Shown piece after piece: positions 54,391-64,000 of a DNA stretch of 64,000 bases. The stretch comes from Flaccisagitta enflata. Lineage: Eukaryota. Position 1 is the stretch's first letter, and each line of letters starts with the position of its first letter. The position numbers were made by a program, and so were the translations under genes. The notes beneath the pieces were generated by a model. It saw nothing but the letters and a program-made list of their open reading frames with translations, was not told the DNA's origin and ran no database searches. The stretch spans positions 49,228,001-49,292,000 of the forward strand of contig OZ231126.1 in assembly GCA_965153355.1 (NCBI GenBank), read 5' to 3'.

Positions 54391-55302
54391 TAGGGTATCT
54401 CGGTTGGGCTTGTTCTTGCACAAAATGTTAAAAACATGAGTTTTCTAACAAGAAATATCACCATCGACCTTTATGACAGCTAAACCAGGGGAGAAAAATA
54501 ATTTAGGTACAAAAATGTGCAAGAGGTACCCTCTGAAGTCAAACTGCGTAAATAACAAGAATATTAAAGGCGTTTAAGCCAATTTTTACACTTTTCCTTT
54601 AATAATAAAGAATATCAAGGTAAATTATCCCAAAGCAGGGTCTGGTATAAGGGATATTAGGTAGTAGAATGTGAAATAAGGAATAGTCGCAGTCAGAAGC
54701 TTCTGTGGGGCCCTCCAAGGGTCCATAAAGGGCCCCTTTAGAGCCCATAGAGCTGAAAATGGTCTAAAAAGGAGGTTTTTGTATATATCTATTCTCAAAT
54801 GTCATTGAGGAGGGAAACTTTATGTCAAGATACTGTCATCTGGTTTAAGGAAATAAAAGAAAAGGTTAGGGGCCCCTAAGGGACCCATCCAAGGGGCCAT
54901 GAAAAGACTTAAAATAGGCAAAAATTACTATAATCTAATTTTTCTTGATAACTTTTTACTCTTCTTTGAAAAAAAATGCCTAGTTATCTCATATCTGTTC
55001 AACTACCCTCTTCAAGTGCAGCAGAAATAAATGAGAATAGAATTGGGAGGCCAAGGACCCCTGCAGGGCCCACTCAAAGAGAGTCTAAAGCACACAAAAT
55101 GGTAAAAAATGACAAAGATTGTAGCATTTTTAATGCTATATGTCAATTGACTAGATTCATTTACCAACACACTCTTTGTAGAACAATGATTGATTTGTTT
55201 GTTCATTCATTCATTCATTCATTTCATTCATTCATTCATTCACTTTGTTGGTAAAATAATAGTTTTTTTTTGGGCAGCAGACCAAGAGAGGCCAATGATC
55301 TA

Positions 55303-55818
55303 CAGTAGATGTCGTCTAGACTTGGAAATACGGGGGAGCTCATAACTTGAGCATCAGTACAGTGAGGGGACTGATATTTTGCTGATATGATGTATAGACC
55401 CTAAGGGGTTGACAATGGGGTATGGCATCCCCCTACAGCTTACCCTAGGAAAAAAATATCAAGTATAAAATTTTAGGATCAATCACTTTTTTTGCAGAAT
55501 TTCAGCTTCATCCATTTGCTTAAAGTGCAAAACCTGTCCAAGATTCGAACTTGGAACCTTTGACTAAATAAACTGATCAAAATAGATCTGAAGTCAAGTG
55601 AGTTAACCACTAGACCAATTCCAGAAGCTGATTCCACCAAGGGAATTTGATTTAGTATATTTATGAGAATTTTCTATTAACAGAGCTGCCATACCCCATC
55701 GTCAACCCTATAGGACATAAGCATTATACACACACAGTTTCATTTCACATTTTCATTGCACAAAAGGTAATCAGGATATGAGGGCCCCCGTATTTCCAAG
55801 TAAAGACGACATCTTCTG
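55303..55818. mobile_element. TA-flanked MITE with related TIR, nested in a family-B element
   Basis: TA|CAGTAGATGTCGTCTAGACTTGGAAATACGGGGG...CCCCCGTATTTCCAAGTAAAGACGACATCTTCTG|TA; it interrupts CAATGATCTA^TG, seen uninterrupted as CAATGACCTATG near 39600. Confidence 0.85.
55531..55624 (-). pseudogene. tRNA-derived relic (Arg-like), anticodon position TCA
   Basis: A-box TGGTCTAGTGG, anticodon arm CTTGA-CTTCAG...TCAAA with a ~23-nt insert, perfect T-arm CCAAG-TTCGAAT-CTTGG; the acceptor stem does not pair. Confidence 0.5.
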
Positions 55819-57761
55819 TATGATTTCACAGGGCAATCTTTTTGGGTCCTGTAGAACACAGGGTGAACTTCCAGTTGTCCGTTCTTCTGTCCGTCCTCCC
55901 GTCCCCCCTGTTGGCCATCATGGCCTCAAATTTGCCCTCCCAGCCCTCATGTTAGCCATCCAGGCCTCAAATCAGCCTTCCAGGCTTCAAATCAGCCCCC
56001 CCACCACAAGTCTGACCTCCAGACCTCAAATCTGCCCTCCAAGCCTTCAATTAGCCCTCCAGGCATCAAATCAGCCCTCTGAAGCTCAAATTTGCCCTCC
56101 AAACCTCAAACCTGCTCCAGGCCTTAAATTGCCCTCCAACCTTCAAATATGCCTTCAGTGGCCTAAATCAATCATCTAAGGCCTTAGATATGCCCCCTCA
56201 GGACGTCTGGAAATTCCCCCTGCTCTCACTCCACTTATTCACTGGATCACTCCCAGCAGAACATCGGGATACCACTGACTATGTGCGATCCTTGGGTGAC
56301 TAGTTATCCCTCAAATCCCCCCCAGGCCTCCAATCTTACCAGAGAGGTCCCAAATTTGCCTTTTCAGGCCTGATTTGAAGCCCAAGAGGGCTATTTGGTC
56401 ATATTTCACCTTGCTTCAGATCAGCCCTCTCAAGGTACAAATTAGACTCCATTGGCCTCAATCAGCCCTCTAAGGCCTCAAATTTGCCTTAACTGGCCTT
56501 TAATCGCCCCTCTGAGAATTCAGGTCTAAAATCAGCCTTCCAAAGCCTCTTATAATCTCTCTCTGACCTCCAATCAGCTCTCCTTAGCCCTCTTAGACTT
56601 CGAATTAGCCCTTGAAAGACCTCCTCCTCCTTCTCCTTTTACATCCCCCCGCCCAACTCAAATCACAGCCTTGAGGTCCAAAACCTAGCCTCAAGGCCCA
56701 AATCTTAGTCTTGTGGCCCAAATTCCAGTCTTAAGGATTGAACTCAGCCTCGAGGCCCAGATCCCGGCCTCAAGGTTCAATCTCAGCCTCGAGGCCAAAA
56801 TCCTAGCCTTGAGGCCAGAATACTGGCTTTGAGTTGGCCCTCACTTTTATTCTCATTTCCCTCTGCTGCATTTAATAAGGGTAACTGAATAAATCATTAG
56901 GCATTTAATTATCAAAGAGGACCAAAGTTGTCAAAAATACTTAGATTTTGGTCATTTTAGTCCATCATAAGCCTTCAGGGACCACTAAGATGGGTCCCAT
57001 AGGGGCCCCTTTCCCTGTCTTTTGTTTCCTCACACCAGACGACAGTATCTTGACAAAAAATTGTCCCCCTTAATGACAAATGAAAAGAAACATCATCAAA
57101 GAACCTCACTTTTTGGGCAGCGGCCCCAAAGGGCCGATGTCCTGTAGGACACAGGGGGGAATTTCCAGACGTCCGTCCGTCCGTCCGTCCTTCCGTCCGT
57201 CCCCCCCCCAGTTGGCCATCAAGGCCTCATATCCTCACTCTCAGGCCTGATTTAGGCCCTCTAAGCCCTCAAATTAGCCCTCCAGGCCTCAAATCAGCTC
57301 TCCAGGCCTCAAATCAGCTCTCCAGGCATCAAATCAGCTCTCAAGGCATCAAATCAGCTCTCCAGGCCCCAAATCCGCTCTCCAGACCTCAAATCAGCAT
57401 TCCAGGCCCCAAATCAGCCCTCCAGGCCTCAAATCTGCCCCCAAGGCCTAAGGCCGGCCCCCAGACCTCAAACCCCGCCTCAATTACCTCTTAGGCCTGC
57501 TATATTCCCCCTCAGGACGTCTGGAAATTTCCCCCTGTGTCCTGACAGGATCCTTTGGGGCCGCTGCCCTGCTCTCACTCCACTACTTCACTTGATCACC
57601 CCAAGCAGGGCATCGGTTACCGCTGACCATGTGCGATCCTTGGATGACTAGTTAGCCATTTTCAGCTATTTTGGCTTTTAGGGGCCCTTTTCAGATCCTT
57701 GGGGGACCCCAGAGGCCTAGAAGCCCCTTCCTGCAACTTTTCCTTGTTTCATATTCTTTTT

Positions 57762-58484
57762 GGGCAGCGGCCCCAAAGGGGACGAAGTCCTGTAGAACAC
57801 AGGGGGACTTTTGTTCGTCCGATCGTTCGTTCGTCCCACCCCCCTCATCAGGCCCTTCAGGCCTCTAATCTGGCCTCTGATACCTCAAATCTGGCCCCTG
57901 AGACCTCAATTCTGGCCTCTTGGCCCTCAAATCCAGCCTCTCAGGCCTCAAATCTAGCATTCCAGGCCTCAAATCTAGCCTCTTAGGCCTCAAATCCGGC
58001 CTCTCAGACCTCAAATTCAACCTCTCAGGCCTCAAATTAGGCTTCTCAGGCCTCAAATCCAAATTCTCAGACTTCATCCCTAGCCTCTCAGGCCTCAAAT
58101 TAGGCCTCTCAGGCCTCAAATCAGCTGTCTAAGCCTCAATTTATTGCTCTCAGTGCTCTGACCTTTCAAGCCTCAATCCAGCTCTCTCAAGCTCGAAGTC
58201 AGGCCTCTCAAAGCTCAAATCAGCCCTCTCAAGCTTCCGATTGGCATTCTCAGGCCTTACATCAGCCTTCTCAGACCTCAGTTTAGGCTCTTGAAGGCCT
58301 TCAGTCAGCCCTCTATAGCATCTCATCCACATCTTCAGGCAGGATGAACGAAAGTCCCCCTGTGTTCTACAGGACTTCGTCCCCTTCGGGGCCGCTGCCC
58401 TGCTTCCCCTCACTCCAATTCACAATCACTCAAAGCAGGGCAACGGGTATCGCTGACCTCATATTGCCCTTGGGCGACCTGTTC
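57762..58484 (+). mobile_element. DINE-1/HINE-like element family B (representative copy) with internal ~21-bp tandem array
   Basis: T-run, GGGCAGCGGCCCCAAAGGGACGAAGTCCTGTAGAACACAGGGGGACTTT, (GGCCTCAAATC...)n, a subterminal inverted copy ending at 58400, and an 80-bp tail ending in hairpin GCCCTTGGGC. Other copies at ~4810-4893, 39370-40040, 40309-40935, 41440-41857, 47680-48255, 53170-53305, 55272-56305, 57114-57652, 61820-62024. Confidence 0.8.
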
Positions 58485-59927
58485 ACTCTTTGCCGCATCA
58501 AGAGAGCATAAGCGCACATTGGCGGCCGCAGCTGCAGCGCAGCTTATGAGCAGCAGCCAAGATACGAGGAGAGAAAGGGCCAAAAAGTCAAAAACGTCTG
58601 ACGGCACCTGTCAAAAAAACACCTGTCGCCTGCACATTTTTCATAGAACATTACTAATATGGGTATTGTTGGATAGAGAAATGATCGATAGTTCAATTCA
58701 TTGCTAGAAAACCCTGGTTTTAATCAGTTGGTTCCATTGAGGATGCTCTACCTATCTTCCATCCTCATCTAGATTGAGGCGGGTGACAAACTAGATGATG
58801 AGGACGGAAGATAGGCGAAAACGGGAAAGGATTTCGCGGCAAATCTGACCACAAAGCTGGAGGTTCATGTAAAGTGGTAGAACGAAGTTGAGACTGCGGT
58901 TGGTAGGGGCGGTGATGTTGTGGGCCGCCCATGCCTAATATGCAAGCGTGGAAACTGACCCCTAAATGCCACAATTAACTACTGTCGACCGACTGACGTA
59001 CGAACGAAACAAGCCTTACAGTAAATACTTTTGTTACTTCCAGACACTCTGTAATGATCAAAGATGCGGCATGCATCACATGACGGAAAAATGCTGATGA
59101 ACTATTAATAAAAGAATTATTACTTGGTCGTCGCAGAAGAATCCTCGAGACTCAGTTTTAACGTGTATGAAGCTTAGGTTTTTGTCTCATGCGGAGCAGT
59201 GTGCAGCCGCTCCTCTAGACTCGGTAAATGCATGTCGGATAGACCGACTCATGAATATGCATGAAGAAACGCACGTGGTAGGATGTAGACCACAGAGAGA
59301 AAAATCGAAATGAAAGTTGAAACAGTACTGGAAGGGTCGCGGGAAGAGAAGAAGAAGAAGAAGAGAGAAAAAAACAAGCTCGACCGGGCAACGATGCGTC
59401 CGGACTCTGTCTCTGCGTGTATTGATCATGTGACATATATTGAGAGACAGATAGACAAACAGACGGGAACAAGGCCAATAAGGTGCGACCTGTGGATCCT
59501 CAAACAAATGTGTTACCCGACCAACCAACATACCAACCAACCGACGGACACAGCCAGTTATAGAGGTGCTTTGTTGCACCTAAAGACAACTGAGTAGTAA
59601 AGGAGGCTCTCAAAACATGTTGGTTGATCATTTGTTTTGGTGTAGGATCTCACCGTGGCCAAAAACAGACCAGAAACACGGTTTTTGGCGTAACGGACGG
59701 ACGGACGGACGGACGGACGGACGGACGGACGGACGGACGGACAGACAGACGGACGGACGGACGGACAGACTGACTGACGGACGGATGGACAGACCCTCTT
59801 ATAAAGATGCGTTCCTGATGGACGCATCTAAGAATAAAAGGGTCGTCCTAATCTAATCAACATAATCTGTCCAGACGGGAGAAAGCTCCGCACAATCTGT
59901 GACTTCTGTGCCTTCCTCGTCTTCCTA

Positions 59928-59940
59928 AATGTTGTTATTT

Positions 59941-60017
<77 letters not shown>

Positions 60018-60023
60018 ATTGTT

Positions 60024-60084
<61 letters not shown>

Positions 60085-60115
60085 CTTCCTGTTTTTATAT
60101 TCTTCTTCTTCTTCT

Positions 60116-60150
<35 letters not shown>

Positions 60151-60201
60151 TTCTTCTTCATCTTCTTCTTCTTCTTCTTCTTTTTCTTCTTTTTCTTCTT
60201 T

Positions 60202-60234
<33 letters not shown>

Positions 60235-60357
60235 TTCTTCTTTTCTTCTTCTTCTTTTTCTTTTTCTTTTTCTTTTTCTTTTTCTTTTTCTTTTTCTTTT
60301 TCTTTTTCTTCTTCTTCTTCTTCTTCTTCTTCTTCTTTTTCTTCTTTTTCTTCTTCT

Positions 60358-60389
<32 letters not shown>

Positions 60390-60745
60390 TTCTTCTTCTT
60401 CTTCTTCTTCTTCTTCTTCTTCTTCTTCTTCTTCTTTTTCTTTTTCTTTTTCTTTTTCTTTTTCTTTTTCTTTTTCTTTTTCTTTTTCTTTTTCTTTTTC
60501 TTTTTCTTTTTCTTTTTCTTTATCTTTATCTTTATCTTTTTCTTTTTCTTTTTCTTTTTCTTTTTCTTTTTCTTCTTCTTCTTCTTCTTCTTTTTCTTTT
60601 TCTTTTTCTTTTTCTTTTCTTCTTCTTCTTCTTTTTCTTTTTCTTTCTTTATCTTTTTCTTTTTCTTTTTCTTTTTCTTTTTCTTCTTCTTCTTCTTCTT
60701 CTTCTTCTTCTTCTCCTTCTTCTTCTTCGTCTTCTTCTTCTCTTC
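59928..60745. repeat. Compound microsatellite (GTT)n followed by (CTT)n/(CTTTTT)n
   Basis: Directly visible; ~650 nt of almost pure pyrimidine on the + strand. Confidence 0.97.
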
Positions 60746-63700
60746 CTCGCCTGTCATCCACCTTCTTTTCATAATTCTTAGTTTTTCACGCTCCGATTCA
60801 CTTTTGACTCATGCCTTGTTATGAAAATTGATTAATGCTTGTTTTTTCCGATTTTTGGTGTTAAAACGGAAAGTGGGTGAATAGATCTGTCCAGCCCAGC
60901 TGCAAATATGCTTCTTCGTCTTGGTCTGTCCGCCCACTTCAGGGGGAAATAGTTTAGCATCAACCGGGACGAATGATATCTTGCCTATAAATGACATCTT
61001 GGCTATCAAACTATTCTTATGAAAATAAAGCTACCTTTTCGGAATTGACCCTTTTGAGGTCGGTTATAATGAGATTTTGAGGCTTATTAAACCCGTACAT
61101 GTGAAGCACATTAAAACGCACTTTCGCAAATCTAGACCTCTGGAAATAGAAAGGTAAAGCATGGAAATGAAAGCATTAGATTACAATAGCAATCTCTGAG
61201 CTTCAATACACAATTTCAAATTAAAGACAATGATTAATCATGAGCGATTCAAATTCAAGGCCGGAACGAAAGTGTATCACATTGTAGAAGACAATTTTCA
61301 GTAAAACAGGTTTCAGGATAAGTGACGCATGTATCGGACCATTTCAGATTTCAAGAGGAGACGCAATAGAATAGAATGGAAGCCAATTGTCTGCCTCTTC
61401 TTATATGTGTCGAGACACCAGCGGTAGACCCCCATTTGTTAGCCCATGCGAGGTCAAACATTCCGTCCCCGTAACATGAACTCAACGCAGAATATAAAGC
61501 CAGTTCAAGTTTCTTTGCACCCCCTGATAGAATGGTGAAGGGGAGCACTTTTGGCCTTTTAGGGGGGGGGGGAAGGAGAAAAGCAAGTCAAATACACTGA
61601 TGGGGATTTCCCGGGACAAGTTGTCCAAAACAAAAACGTCGACTCTTTTTTAATGTATTGATGTAGGAACTAGGAAGTCCCGACTGAGTGTGATCCCCCC
61701 TCCCAGAGGAATCATTGCTGCTGCTGTGTAAATATTTGCCCCATGGAGGAAATAAATCTTGTTTTCATTTCATTTTCATTTCATTTCATTTTATTACAAA
61801 TAGGAAAAAAACACACATTCATTGGAGCCTCAAAGCTGGGATTGGAGCCTCAAGGCCACAATTTGAGCCTCGAGGCTGGAATTGGAGCCTCGAGACTTGG
61901 ATTGGGGCCTTGAGGCTAGGATTGGGGCCTCAAGGCTGGATTTGTAGCCTGGGAGGGACAGAGAAGAAGAAGCAGAATTATGTGTGGAAGCATAGGTCAT
62001 CGGTCCCTTCGGGGCCGCTGCCCAGAAAACGAGGACTTACACAAACAAGGCCGGATACACGGCTACCGAAGTCGCGTGCGGGTGGGCAGGGGCCATATTT
62101 GAGGTCACTAGACCATTAGGGCAGGGGCAGTGGGGTCAAAAAAATAAAATCATAAAAAACCACACGACCGACCAAATGACCGACCAACCAACCAATGGAC
62201 GGACGGACGGACAAAGCGGGTTGTAGAGTCGCGTGCACGCGACTTAATATTAAACAAGGCCGGATACACGGCCATCAGTTGTGGACGGGTGGGCAGGGGC
62301 GGAAATGTGTGTTTTCCCACTTTTCAACTCGAGCGTGACAGACCAACCGACCAACCGACCAACCAACCAACCGAAGGATTGATTGATTGATTTATATATT
62401 TATGGATTGATTGATTGATTGGTTGATACACCAAAGGAGAGATTGATTTTTGGGTCAAATTTGAGTGAATGAATGAATGAATGAATGAATGAATGAATGA
62501 ATGAATGAATGAATGAATGAATGAATGAATGATTGAATGAATTATTGAATGAAAATGTACTGCCTTATCTATGAAAAAGAATGAACCCCGCCGAGATCGC
62601 GAGAATTAAGCCCTAAATTTCCCCGATATTCTCCAGCGCACCTTAAAAATTCTGAGTATTCCGGTGTTGGTTTCCCTGTCTGTGTCCATTCTGAAATAGT
62701 TGGTTCCCTCTGGACCGACGAGGGAATAAGTGAGCAATGCGTTCCCGCCAATGCACATTCGCGGATTCCTATATGATACCTCAGCCATAACTTCAAAATA
62801 ATCATGGTTCAAACTCCGATTTTTTTCCTTGTCATAGTGATATGCGTATGTTAAAAGGTCCAAATCCATATTTTGGAAGGTTTCTTGCCGAATCTCGTGT
62901 CAGTATTTACCCTGGTTACCATGGTAACCAGGAGCTCTCAGATTTCGGTGAAAAATGTGCATCGACATAGAGCATCCATGTGGCGTCAAAATGACTCGAA
63001 TCGAACTGTTTTATCGTTCGGGCAGCAAGTTCATACCTTCATTGTGTCGCAACTCAAAAATCTAGCCTCCCGATTAAATTTTGTGTCTGTGGTGCATCTT
63101 AGAATAATATAAGTAAATCAAGAAAAAAAAACGCCGAAATAACGCGTGTATCTTCCAAGACCCAGTTAGGCCCAGTATGAGACCACATCTGTAAGGTAAA
63201 TGATCAATTTCCGAGTAATATTGATGAGGTTTGGTCTGCGCCCGCTTGCGCCGGAGGTTGAATATAGAGGGATTTTCTATTTTTCGAATATGCAAATTAG
63301 GCTAAGATGAATTCTGAATTAGATGAAATCCTTTGGGTGGGCCAAGCGCTGCGGCTAAGAAACGCGTGTCACTGTCGAGTATGTCATATTGTGATATATT
63401 TTTATGTTCAGTGATATCAAAGTGTCTTCTGTGATAGAGTTGTTTATCATACGACCTAATGGAATTTTTTGTTGTTTGACCTTATGCTCTACAATGATAA
63501 TAGAGTTCATGAATTTTAACGGAAAACTTTGATTTCTCGATTTCTCCGCACTGTGGGTAGCAACCAAGCAATAAAAAGCCAAAAATAACTTAATCTTTAA
63601 TGTATAGTTTTTAATCAATAAAGATAAATAAAGTCATTAAATCATTATGCATTAGAAATAAATAAGGTCATTAAACCAATGTGCATCAGTTCTTCTAGAA

Positions 63701-64000
63701 ATAAGTTTGGCAGACATTAAAAGATAGTTCCAATTATAGCTAAATATCATTCTAAGTCATAAAAGCTTCATTTAAAAAAAAAAATTGTGAAAAAATTGAA
63801 AACAGAGCAGATGTGCAAATAAAAATCATCTTGAAGAAGTCAATATTTGTCATTTTGCAAAAAATTATCATTTTGTAGTATATCTTTATACTAGCAATAA
63901 AGCAGGTTGACTTTGGTTCATTTCCTTTATCGCACAGTGGGCTTTAATTCGATTTTAAATCAAAAAAATCTTCAGCAGTAGTAACCTAAAAAAACATTTC

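Noticed and set aside
59925-60774. Long Glu/Lys/Asn-rich or Leu/Phe/Ser-rich ORFs (278, 281, 204 aa)
   Set aside because: Pure microsatellite translations that are open in several frames on both strands.

Overview
Eukaryotic (animal, probably invertebrate) genomic DNA, AT-rich, with many microsatellites and non-autonomous DNA transposons and one 33-N gap (36737-36769). Most ORFs in the supplied track are microsatellite artefacts. Three spliced minus-strand genes can be reconstructed by hand with GT-AG, phase-consistent junctions. (1) The 5' five coding exons of homogentisate 1,2-dioxygenase (HGD; 1253-4667, continuing off the left edge), with an unusual 28-aa N-terminal extension. (2) A 160-aa orphan mucin-like protein with a signal peptide and a GPI-type tail (15895-16639). 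(3) A large, divergent naked cuticle (nkd) homologue (coding exons 19843-24891; candidate TATA/Inr promoter near 38.3 kb) whose EF-hand loop has lost canonical acidic ligands. The most striking non-coding observation is that this locus, a classical Wnt negative-feedback gene, carries tandem-repeat-amplified TCF/LEF motifs: a 22-unit, ~159-bp satellite with about 40 intact CTTTGWW cores, and a 20-bp-period mini-array of four CCTTTGATG sites resembling a TOPflash cassette. Repeats include two DINE-1/HINE-like (Helentron-associated) families, TA-flanked Tc1/mariner-type MITEs (one family carrying RFX X-boxes, one copy enclosing a tRNA relic), hAT-type MITEs and nested foldbacks. All calls come from reading the sequence and recalled family knowledge; no searches were run.
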